Origin: an uncultured Anaerolineae bacterium
GTDB lineage: Bacteria > Chloroflexota > Anaerolineae > J036 > Brachytrichaceae
Direction: 5' to 3'
DNA: 64,000 nucleotides
NCBI GenBank assembly: GCA_937959265.1
Contig: CALGMA010000027.1
Coordinates: 9,474 to 73,473, forward strand
Shown: in pieces, positions 1-8,085 of the stretch
Numbering within the stretch: position 1 is the stretch's first letter
Layout of the letters: the number at the start of each line of letters is the position of its first letter
Notes under the pieces: model-generated
What the model was told of the DNA's origin: nothing
The model's database searches: none
What the model saw: only the letters and a program-made list of their open reading frames with translations
Translations under genes and position numbers: made by a program

Positions 1-464
1 ACGAAGCCAGCACCGCCGATGATGCCAATCCACGAGAACAAACGCGCCTGGTCGGGCTTGGTTGCATTGCGCGCGCCGGCTAGGCCAATGCTGCCTAACA
101 ACAGCGGCACCAGCGGCAGCGGCGGCGCGCAGATCGCAATGCCAATGCCGAAACATGTGGCAATGGAGAATACGCCGCTGATGCAGGCCAGCAACGCGAT
201 GATGTCATTGCCGTTGCGCTGGCGCGTGATATGTGGCGGCGGCGCCGTCGGCAAACGTGGCAAAACCGCTGCATGTCCTAACTGATCCAGATAGATTTTG
301 GGCGCGTGGACGATCTTACCTTGAGAGAGAAGCTGGCGCGCCACACGCTCACTGACCCGCCGGCCGTCGTCGGCATACCAGAGATGCTCGGCGCACAATG
401 GCACACCGGTGACCTCACACCGCTCGATCGCTTCGTTCAGGCAGTCCACGCACCGGGCAGACAT
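1..464 (-). CDS. Membrane protein with N-terminal Cys/His zinc-finger-like domain (3' end runs off window)
   Basis: Not in ORF track. Manual translation from ATG at 464: MSARCVDCLNEAIERCEVTGVPLCAEHLWY... then hydrophobic helices (DIIALLACISGVFSIATCFGIGIAICAPPLPLVPLLLGSIGL); no stop before base 1. Confidence 0.7.
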   Translation of the reverse strand, partial: MSARCVDCLNEAIERCEVTGVPLCAEHLWYADDGRRVSERVARQLLSQGKIVHAPKIYLDQLGHAAVLPRLPTAPPPHITRQRNGNDIIALLACISGVFSIATCFGIGIAICAPPLPLVPLLLGSIGLAGARNATKPDQARLFSWIGIIGGAGF

Positions 465-494
465 GGCAGATAGTCAGGAACCAGAGACCATAAG

Positions 495-549
495 TCAGAG
501 GTCAGGTCGGAGGCTGTCCGAGGTTCGATTTCCGCAATCCGACCTCTGA
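495..549 (-). terminator. Hairpin directly downstream of tRNA-Ser
   Basis: Arms TCAGAGGTC(AGGTC)GGA and TCCGACCTCTGA are complementary; no clear U-tract. Confidence 0.35.
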
Positions 550-555
550 GGAGAG

Positions 556-644
556 CGGAGAGAGTGAGATTCGAACTCACGGTGACCCATACGGGCCACA
601 ACGGTTTTCGAGACCGCCCCGTTCAACCACTCCGGCATCTCTCC
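556..644 (-). tRNA. tRNA-Ser (anticodon CGA), long variable arm, CCA not encoded
   Basis: Reverse complement GGAGAGATGCCGGAGTGGTTGAACGGGGCGGTCTCGAAAACCGTTGTGGCCCGTATGGGTCACCGTGAGTTCGAATCTCACTCTCTCCG: acceptor stem, D-loop TGG, anticodon loop CT-CGA-AA, T-loop TTCGAAT, discriminator G. Confidence 0.95.
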
Positions 645-716
645 GTGCAACACTAATTCTACCGTGATTTCTGCGTGAGTTAAGTTCACTTTTGATGCCT
701 TCCGCAGTCCAAGGAA

Positions 717-1442
717 CTACGCTCTTCTGCCTGTCTGAATACGCCTGCGAAAGTAGTCGCACTGGCGCTGCAGCGGGCATCGAGCGCACTCCGGGTTGCG
801 CGCATGGCAGATCTCTCGCCCATGTCGGATCAGGTTGATGTGGAAGGCGAACTGCGCGCCGGGCGGGCAGATGCGTTCCATCAAATCATGCGTCCGGTCG
901 GCAGTCAGCTTCGGTGGGCGGAGGCCGAGCCGCCCGGTCACGCGATGGACATGTGTGTCCACCGGGAAGACGGGCTTGTCATAGCAGAACAACAGCACGA
1001 TGGCTGCCGTCTTCGGCCCGATGCCTTTGATGCTGAGCAACCATTGACGTGCCTCGTCCACCGGCATTTGGGCGAGAAAGTCTATGTTTAGCTTGCCGCG
1101 CTCTTCGGTGATGCGCCGTAAGGCAAACTGGATGCGCGGGCCTTTTTGGTTAGCCAGACCGGCCGGGCGAATGGCTTCGATGACAGCTTCCTCTGGGGCA
1201 TCGCGCACAGCTTCCCAGGTCGGGAAGCGTGCGCGTAGCCGGGCATAGGCCAAATCGCGGTTGCCGTCGTTGGTATTCTGCGAGAGGATGGTCGCGACCA
1301 ACTCACTCACGCCGTCGAGTCGCGTCCACTGCGGTTCGCCATAGGTCGCCAGCAACTTCTCGTGAATGACTTTCGCTTTGCGTTTGAGCGCGCGTTCATC
1401 CACCACCAGCGACGGCCTATCCGCATCTTTCACATCTTTCAT
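717..1442 (-). CDS. nth: Endonuclease III family DNA glycosylase (HhH-GPD, 4Fe-4S)
   Basis: ILSQNTND, GIGPKTA HhH, FPVDTHVHRV, C-terminal CHARNPECARCPLQRQC Fe-S motif. Confidence 0.9.
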   Translation of the reverse strand: MKDVKDADRPSLVVDERALKRKAKVIHEKLLATYGEPQWTRLDGVSELVATILSQNTNDGNRDLAYARLRARFPTWEAVRDAPEEAVIEAIRPAGLANQKGPRIQFALRRITEERGKLNIDFLAQMPVDEARQWLLSIKGIGPKTAAIVLLFCYDKPVFPVDTHVHRVTGRLGLRPPKLTADRTHDLMERICPPGAQFAFHINLIRHGREICHARNPECARCPLQRQCDYFRRRIQTGRRA

Positions 1443-1469
1443 CCCAATTCCCTTCCCTACTCCAATCTC

Positions 1470-2240
1470 CTATCCATCAACCCTCAACTCTCTCAACTCT
1501 TCCGCGTCATCACCCGACACAACCCAGAACTCCGGCGACGCCACACTCACTCCCGTGCCGAGCAGCATCCCTTCGGTGCGGTAGCGGGCAGACAATCGTT
1601 CGAAGCGCTCGCCACTCACCTCTAATTGGATCTCGGTGCGGGCCGAGGACGAAGGAACATCCCCATCCAGTGCTCGGATCATCACTGCAGGCGGGCGGGT
1701 GCGGTTCGACACAACCGGCTGCACGATCAGGCAATAGCGACGCGTAAATCCGGTTGCCGTCAACGTAGCCGGAGACCAAGACTCCCACCCTACAGCCGGA
1801 TCGCCAGACTCAGTCGGCATATGCTTACCGCCGGACGGCGCAGCCAGCAAACCGCGCACGTTTTCTAACAGCACATGCCACAAGCCAGGCGGCGCGCCAA
1901 GATTGAAGAGTCCCCCAAAAGCGTGGTCAATGCGGATCACCTCCAGCGCATCGAGATAGACATCGTCCGCGCCTTCATTCGTCACAGACAACTGCGCCGT
2001 CCAGCCGGGGCCGCGCTCCTGCCAGATCCATGACGCACGCAGACCATCGCCCGTCGTCATGAACGAAAGCGGATCATCACTGTAACGTTGTGAGGCGTTG
2101 ATGCGAGCCGTCCGTAGCGCGGCCGACTCGGTGGTGTGATAGCGCACCTGGGCAGCGACCCTATGCATCGTCGGACCATCATCCCAGTTGATGGTGATGT
2201 GATGGTCCAATACCGCCAGCACGCCGTTTGTGTTGATCAT
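1470..2240 (-). CDS. Hypothetical protein, beta-rich
   Basis: 256-aa ORF co-oriented between GH20 and nth; loose resemblance to N-terminal domains of GH36-type glycosidases. Confidence 0.6.
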   Translation of the reverse strand: MINTNGVLAVLDHHITINWDDGPTMHRVAAQVRYHTTESAALRTARINASQRYSDDPLSFMTTGDGLRASWIWQERGPGWTAQLSVTNEGADDVYLDALEVIRIDHAFGGLFNLGAPPGLWHVLLENVRGLLAAPSGGKHMPTESGDPAVGWESWSPATLTATGFTRRYCLIVQPVVSNRTRPPAVMIRALDGDVPSSSARTEIQLEVSGERFERLSARYRTEGMLLGTGVSVASPEFWVVSGDDAEELRELRVDG

Positions 2241-2300
2241 GAGCTACGAGTGATGAGCTGTAAGATTGGAGATTCGGTTCCCCAACTCAGCGCTCAAAAG

Positions 2301-4175
2301 TTAGAGTTGAATGTTCCTGGCGCTGTCTTCCATGCCACCGGGGCGATTGCGCGCCAGCCACACGCGATGATGCTCGGCAATCAGCTTACGACGCTCACGC
2401 GCGATCGCTTTGGGGTCGGGTGCAGCGCGCTTGCCGGCTGTGCTCAACCGTTCCAGGCGCGCCGTCCCATAGCGCATCAGGTGAATGGCATATGCAAATT
2501 CGCGCCGCACCAGCGCTGCATCGGCGCGCTGCATCTTCAGCGTAGGCGCGATCGTTTCCAGGCGATCGAGTTCCTTGTTCACGCGCGTTAGCCAACTCCG
2601 CTCGATGGAAGCCTGCTTCAAGCGGCGCTGCAGTACGTCCTCGCCGAAAGTTACGGCATAAGCGTATGCCGTGCCGTTGTGTGTGCGGACGGGGATGCGT
2701 GTATACACGTTGCCGAGGTCGTAGGCGAATTTGCCGGCTGCTCCGCTCGGATCAGCAAAGATGTGCACACTCACTGCGCGGGCGATGTCTACATCGCGGT
2801 TGGATTCGATGCACCACGACACGCCAGCGCCATAGGCATAGGGCAGATAGCTCACCGGAAGAGGCTGCAAGTGGCCATAGTCGCCCCAATCCGTGTTGAG
2901 GAAGCCGACTGCGCCGTGCTTCTTGCCGTTCTCAGCAGCGTTGAGCAGATTGCCGATGGCGTTGTCGGTGCGGCCACCGATACTGTTCCACGATGATGTG
3001 CCGCCGCACACATAGAAGGGGATGCCAGACGCCGCAAACCTTGCGCCGTGATCGGCAAAGGGGTGATCGTATTCATAACCCCACTCCATCGCAATCACAT
3101 CTTTGGGCAACTCGGCGACAAGCTCAGGATGCGCCATGATGATATCGCCCCAGAACTGCATCGTCCGGCCATGGCGCTTGACCCGCTCGTAAATCTGAAG
3201 CAGAAAATCCAGGTAAACGCGACCAACGCCTCTGGCCTCGACCTCGGCTTTGCTGCGTCCGTTACCCAGGTCCACCGTCTCGTCGCAGCCAACGTTGAAG
3301 AACCGGCTGGTGTAGTGGGGCAGCACCTCTTCGAAGATCTCTTCAACCAACTTGATGCTGCCAGGGTCCCCGGGACACAACGTAAATGGCTCTGCGAAGT
3401 AGCCCCACGATGTCTCACAGCCATTCGGACACTCGGCAAGGGGGCGATACGCGTCGTGAATCAACCAGCGACGCATGTGGCCGAAGCAGTTCTGGTTCGG
3501 CACCAGGTCGATGTGCCGCGCCCGGCAATATGCATCGAGCTGCATGATCTCTTCGCCCGTCATCGGCGAGGCATTAGCCCACACTACCGGGTGACGCTGG
3601 AAGGCAAATGTGTGTTCGGTATACAACTGAAACTCGTTGACCTTCAACTCGGCCAGCAAGTCCACCAGCTCGAACAGCGTCTCCATCGTAGGCACTTTAT
3701 CGCGGCTGATGTCGAGCATGACGCCGCGTCGCACAAAGTCTGGCGAATCCTCGATGTGCATCAACGGGAGCACACGGCCGTACTGGCGCAAAAGCTGAGT
3801 CAACGTCATCACACCGTAGAACGCCCCGGCCGCCGCCGGCGCAGCGATGGTGATGCGCTCTGGCGTGATATCGAGCGTATAGCGTTGCCGGTCCGTATCG
3901 CTGCCGGCGTCACTGGTGTCTCCGATCACAATGAGCAGGCCAACCGTTTCCGGAGGCGCAGCATCGCTGGCGTGGATGTGCCAGGTCACACGCGAGTAGC
4001 GGCTGAGCGCGCGCTGCGCCTCTTGTGCTTCGAAGAAACCCTGCACGGGCTTCGGCGCCTTCAGCACGATAAGCCGATCCGGCCGGACTTCGACTATGCC
4101 GCCGTACAGGGTAATCGCACGCGGTTCTGGAACGAAACAGGGCGAGAGCGGATAGGAGTGGGATTGCTTAGGCAT
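2301..4175 (-). CDS. Glycoside hydrolase family 20 (beta-N-acetylhexosaminidase)
   Basis: DSPDFVRRGVMLDISR, QLYTEH, FGHM and catalytic NVGCDE motif. Confidence 0.9.
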   Translation of the reverse strand: MPKQSHSYPLSPCFVPEPRAITLYGGIVEVRPDRLIVLKAPKPVQGFFEAQEAQRALSRYSRVTWHIHASDAAPPETVGLLIVIGDTSDAGSDTDRQRYTLDITPERITIAAPAAAGAFYGVMTLTQLLRQYGRVLPLMHIEDSPDFVRRGVMLDISRDKVPTMETLFELVDLLAELKVNEFQLYTEHTFAFQRHPVVWANASPMTGEEIMQLDAYCRARHIDLVPNQNCFGHMRRWLIHDAYRPLAECPNGCETSWGYFAEPFTLCPGDPGSIKLVEEIFEEVLPHYTSRFFNVGCDETVDLGNGRSKAEVEARGVGRVYLDFLLQIYERVKRHGRTMQFWGDIIMAHPELVAELPKDVIAMEWGYEYDHPFADHGARFAASGIPFYVCGGTSSWNSIGGRTDNAIGNLLNAAENGKKHGAVGFLNTDWGDYGHLQPLPVSYLPYAYGAGVSWCIESNRDVDIARAVSVHIFADPSGAAGKFAYDLGNVYTRIPVRTHNGTAYAYAVTFGEDVLQRRLKQASIERSWLTRVNKELDRLETIAPTLKMQRADAALVRREFAYAIHLMRYGTARLERLSTAGKRAAPDPKAIARERRKLIAEHHRVWLARNRPGGMEDSARNIQL

Positions 4176-4241
4176 AGCTATGTTGTGGGCGACATTGTAC
4201 GACGGGGATTGATGGGCGCGATTACAATCGCTTCTCGACTG

Positions 4242-5297
4242 ATGACCGATCTATCCTCGTACCTCGCCTGGCGCTTCGTGCAAGGCGTAGGCGTACAGCC
4301 TGGCGAACTGATCCTGCTGCTCGACCACGCCGGCCGTGGCGACTTGCTACGCGAAGTTGCATTCACCATCGAGCTGGCAGGCGCAACGCCGCTGATCGAA
4401 CTCGCCCCACCCGATCACGTCGCGCGCCTGTTAGCATCCAACCAGCGAGAGCATTTCGTCGCATACGACCGCCACCGACGCATATGGCGAGAACTTGCAG
4501 ATCGCAGCATCGTGCTCACCGGCGGCTATCTCGATCTAGACGGCGCGCCGCACGACGCCATCGCGCTGTGGTCTGCTGCACAGGACCGCTTGACCCAAAT
4601 CGAGGAAACCCGGCACCTTCCAAGCCTGGTCGTTGCCATTCCGACGCCGACTCAGGCAAGCCGACTTGGGATGCCATTCGAATCGCTCGAGCAAATGTTG
4701 CAACAAGCCATGGCACCGACGCTGCTCGAACTGCAGGACAATATCGTGCGGGCACAGTCGCGCTTCGAGAATGCGCGAGAAATCGTCATCTGCACCGGCG
4801 GGGAACACGAACTGCATCTGGTTCGTGGCGACCGAGCCATATTGAACGACGATGGCTACATTGACGACCTGGACCGTGAGCGCGGCGCGGTGGTCTCCAA
4901 CCTGCCAGCCGGCTCGGTCTACTTCACCGTGCTGGAAGATCAAACCGAGGGCAGCCTGTATCTGCCCACAGCCGGCAGCGCACACGACGTGGTCTTTCAC
5001 TTCGAGCGCGGTCGTGCAGTGCGCATCGAGGCGGCTACCGGTGCAGCCGAGTTGAGCGCCTTCTTCGACGCTCACGACGGCGAGGCACGTCGCATCGGCC
5101 ATGTCGGGATCGGCTTGAACCCACGCTTGCGCCAACCAATTGGCTGGCCGCTGGTGGATAAACACGTGCTTGGCACGGCCGTCGTGGCCTTTGGCAAGAA
5201 CCACCACCTGGGCGGCCAGAATGCTTCGTCGCTGAGCGAGGAGTTCGTCGTGCCGGATGCCGAGATCAAGGCCGACGGCCGGCACGTCATCCCATGA
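4242..5297 (+). CDS. M29 aminopeptidase-like protein with divergent metal ligands
   Basis: C-terminal part of ORF 3048..5297 (real start about 4212 or 4242); NLPAGSVYF, IGHVGIGLNP, AFGKNHHLGGQN resemble M29 motifs. Confidence 0.75.
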   Translation: MTDLSSYLAWRFVQGVGVQPGELILLLDHAGRGDLLREVAFTIELAGATPLIELAPPDHVARLLASNQREHFVAYDRHRRIWRELADRSIVLTGGYLDLDGAPHDAIALWSAAQDRLTQIEETRHLPSLVVAIPTPTQASRLGMPFESLEQMLQQAMAPTLLELQDNIVRAQSRFENAREIVICTGGEHELHLVRGDRAILNDDGYIDDLDRERGAVVSNLPAGSVYFTVLEDQTEGSLYLPTAGSAHDVVFHFERGRAVRIEAATGAAELSAFFDAHDGEARRIGHVGIGLNPRLRQPIGWPLVDKHVLGTAVVAFGKNHHLGGQNASSLSEEFVVPDAEIKADGRHVIP

Positions 5298-6175
5298 AGA
5301 TTGTCCTCGCCGCCCGGTCGCCGTTCAACTTCCAATCCACCGTGCACGCCCACGGTTGGTATCAACTCGCGCCATGGGTGTGGGACGAAGCATCGCATAG
5401 CTTGTCGCGCGTTGAGCAGCTGGAGGATGGACGCATAGTTTCGTTATGCTTTCATGGCGAGGGTAATAAGCTTGTCATCGAAACCGGAGAGCGACTGTCG
5501 GCGCGCCAGCGAGACGAGGTGGTGCACACGGCAAGCTGGATGTTTGCCCTGGACGCCGACTTCGAACCGTTCTATGCCCGCGCCGATGCCAAACCGAGAC
5601 TGGCGCACTGTCGAGCCGGGGCATGCGGGCGGCTACTGCGTTCACCGACGCTGTGGGAAGATGTGGTGAAAGTCATGATGACCACAAACATTCAGTGGAG
5701 CGGGACAAAGCGATTGGTGAACGCGCTGGTGCAACGCTTCGGCGAACCATCGCCAGATGACCCATCGTGCCGTACTTTCCCCACGCCAGAGGCCATTGCG
5801 CGCAGCCGTGAAGCGACGCTGCGCAAGATCGGCCTGGGCTACCGTGCGCCCCACCTGCTCAAGCTGGCGCGCGGTGTGGTTGCCGGCGAATACGACCTCG
5901 ACGCGCTGAAAGACCCAGGGCTGCTTACCCATGTACTGCGTGGCAGGTTGCTCGCTCTGCCGGGTATTGGGCCATATGCTGCTCACACATTGCTCTTCCT
6001 CCTGGGCCGGTACGACTACATCGGCGTGGACACGGAAGCAGTGAGGCTCGTGTCGAAGCACTTTTACGACGGCCGGCCGGTCGGCGAGAGAGAGATCAAC
6101 GTCGTCTTCGACGGCTGGGGTGAATACAAAGCACTGGCCTACTGGTTCTGGGACTATGCGGGAATGGGACAGTGA
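5294..6175 (+). CDS. AlkA/Ogg-like DNA glycosylase (HhH-GPD)
   Basis: FPTPEAIA, GLGYRA, LPGIGPYAA, GVDT; ATGA overlap with upstream gene. Confidence 0.85.
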   Translation: MKIVLAARSPFNFQSTVHAHGWYQLAPWVWDEASHSLSRVEQLEDGRIVSLCFHGEGNKLVIETGERLSARQRDEVVHTASWMFALDADFEPFYARADAKPRLAHCRAGACGRLLRSPTLWEDVVKVMMTTNIQWSGTKRLVNALVQRFGEPSPDDPSCRTFPTPEAIARSREATLRKIGLGYRAPHLLKLARGVVAGEYDLDALKDPGLLTHVLRGRLLALPGIGPYAAHTLLFLLGRYDYIGVDTEAVRLVSKHFYDGRPVGEREINVVFDGWGEYKALAYWFWDYAGMGQ

Positions 6176-6216
6176 GCGGATAAGCGGTAATTCGAGATCG
6201 GCGCAACTCCCCGACC

Positions 6217-6897
6217 ATGAATCGCAAATCATCAATCGCCTTTTGCGCCACCATCTTCGACATGGACGGCCTGATGCTGGATACCGAGGCGTTGGCCCGT
6301 GAAGCGTGGTTCGAGACCATGCGTCGGTGGGGTTACGAATTAAATGATGACGTGTACTTGCGCGTGCTCGGCACGACCGGCGCGCGCACCCGCGACATCT
6401 TCCGCGAGGCATTCGGCCCCGACATCCCCATCGAGAGGATGTACGATTACAAGCAGCGCTACGTGGACGAAGCAATCGCATCGAGTCGCATCAAAGTCAA
6501 GCCTGGGCTGATCGAGTTGCTCGACTGGCTTGACGTACAGCGCATCCCTAAAGCCGTCGCCAGTTCAACCGTGCGCGCACTGGTGCTGAAGAAGCTCGAT
6601 CGGGTGAACCTGGCCGGGCGTTTTGACGCGATCGTCGGCGGAGACGAAGTTATACAAGGCAAGCCCGAGCCGGATATCTTCTTGGAAGCAGCACACCGGC
6701 TGGGCGTACTGCCCGGCACTTGCGTCGCGCTCGAAGACTCAGAGAACGGTGTGCGTGCTGCCCACGCTGCAGGCATGCGTGTAATTATGGTCCCTGACCT
6801 GAAACTACCCGATGATGAGATTCGCGCGCTTGCCGATTGCGTCTTGCCCTCGCTGCATGAGGCGCATCAGGTGCTGCGCACGATGCAGAACGCTTGA
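6217..6897 (+). CDS. HAD-family phosphatase (beta-PGM/CbbY-like)
   Basis: IFDMDGLMLDTE, KPEPDIFL, LEDSENG motifs. Confidence 0.9.
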   Translation: MNRKSSIAFCATIFDMDGLMLDTEALAREAWFETMRRWGYELNDDVYLRVLGTTGARTRDIFREAFGPDIPIERMYDYKQRYVDEAIASSRIKVKPGLIELLDWLDVQRIPKAVASSTVRALVLKKLDRVNLAGRFDAIVGGDEVIQGKPEPDIFLEAAHRLGVLPGTCVALEDSENGVRAAHAAGMRVIMVPDLKLPDDEIRALADCVLPSLHEAHQVLRTMQNA

Positions 6898-6908
6898 ACG
6901 ACTACGGC

Positions 6909-8036
6909 ATGAACATTGCCCTCGTCCATGACTGGCTCAATCAGCTTGGGGGCGCGGAAGACGTGCTGAGCGTGCTGAACCAGATGTTCCCGCACGCGCC
7001 GATCTTCACCAGTATCTACGATCGGCAGCGCATGCCGGCAGCCTGGCAGGCGTGGGACATACGCTCGACCTGGATGGATCGCCTGCCTGGAGTACACCGC
7101 CATCACCAGCCCTACATGCCAGTGTTCGCGTGGGTGTGGGCACGTCGCCGCATCCCAGTCGAACATGATGTGATCTTGAGCAACAAAAGCGCGTTTTGCA
7201 TTGCTGCTCGTGGGCTACATCCGGGTGTCAAACATGTCTGTTATTGTCTCACTCCTACGCGTTTCATCTACGATTTCACTGCCTATGCGAAGAAAGAGCG
7301 CATCCCGCCTGGTGCATCGGCCATCCTCCGCGCACTCAACCTCTACCTATGCCGCTGGGAGACGCACGTCGCCCGACATGTAACTGCGTTCATTGCCATC
7401 TCACGCGAAGTGCAGCAACGCATCCGCAAATACTATGGCCGTGAATCGGTCATCATCTATCCCCCCATCGAGATGCCTCTTCATCCATCAGCAACCCAAG
7501 ATCAGGGCTTTTACCTGATCGTCTCGCGGCTCTTGCCCTACAAGCGGGTGGATCTGGCAATCGAGGCATTCGGCAAGCTGGGACTTCCGCTGATTGTCGC
7601 GGGCGACGGGCGAGATCGCTCCAGGCTGGAGCAGTTGGCCGCGCGACAACGCGGGTCTAACATCAGGCTGCTGGGGCGCGTAGATGATGCAACCCTGCAC
7701 CGCTTACTGGCCGAATGTCGCGCTTTCGTCTTCCCCGGCGTCGAGGATTTCGGCATCGCACCCATCCGCGCCATGGCATACGGCAAGCCGGTAATCGCCT
7801 GTGCCGGCGGCGGTGCACTGGACTACGTCATGGACGGCGTGACCGGGACGCTCTTCTACTCACAGACTGCCGATGCGCTCGCCGAAGCAGTACTCAAGAA
7901 TTCTGGTGTAACATTCGCGCCCGCTGAAATCCGCCGCCATGCCGAGCGATTCGGCGTCGAGCGATTCAAACACGAGATCATCGAGTTTTTGAGGGGATTA
8001 GGAGTAGAGATTGAGGTTAGGAGTCGAAGGCTGTAG
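6909..8036 (+). CDS. Glycosyltransferase family 4
   Basis: IALVHDWL..GGAE, SRLLPYKRVDL, EDFGIAP motifs. Confidence 0.9.
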   Translation: MNIALVHDWLNQLGGAEDVLSVLNQMFPHAPIFTSIYDRQRMPAAWQAWDIRSTWMDRLPGVHRHHQPYMPVFAWVWARRRIPVEHDVILSNKSAFCIAARGLHPGVKHVCYCLTPTRFIYDFTAYAKKERIPPGASAILRALNLYLCRWETHVARHVTAFIAISREVQQRIRKYYGRESVIIYPPIEMPLHPSATQDQGFYLIVSRLLPYKRVDLAIEAFGKLGLPLIVAGDGRDRSRLEQLAARQRGSNIRLLGRVDDATLHRLLAECRAFVFPGVEDFGIAPIRAMAYGKPVIACAGGGALDYVMDGVTGTLFYSQTADALAEAVLKNSGVTFAPAEIRRHAERFGVERFKHEIIEFLRGLGVEIEVRSRRL

Positions 8037-8085
8037 ATCTTCCCGCCCAAACTTTCAATCTCTCGTCTTGAGTCTCTAACAACAG

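Noticed and set aside
556-716. tRNA-Ser as an island integration site
   Set aside because: No integrase and no duplicate of the tRNA 3' end seen in the window.
495-789. Short ORFs overlapping 556-644
   Set aside because: They overlap the tRNA-Ser gene.
3048-4211. 749-aa ORF 3048..5297 as one protein
   Set aside because: The first part is the antisense shadow of the GH20 gene; only the part from about 4242 looks like a protein.
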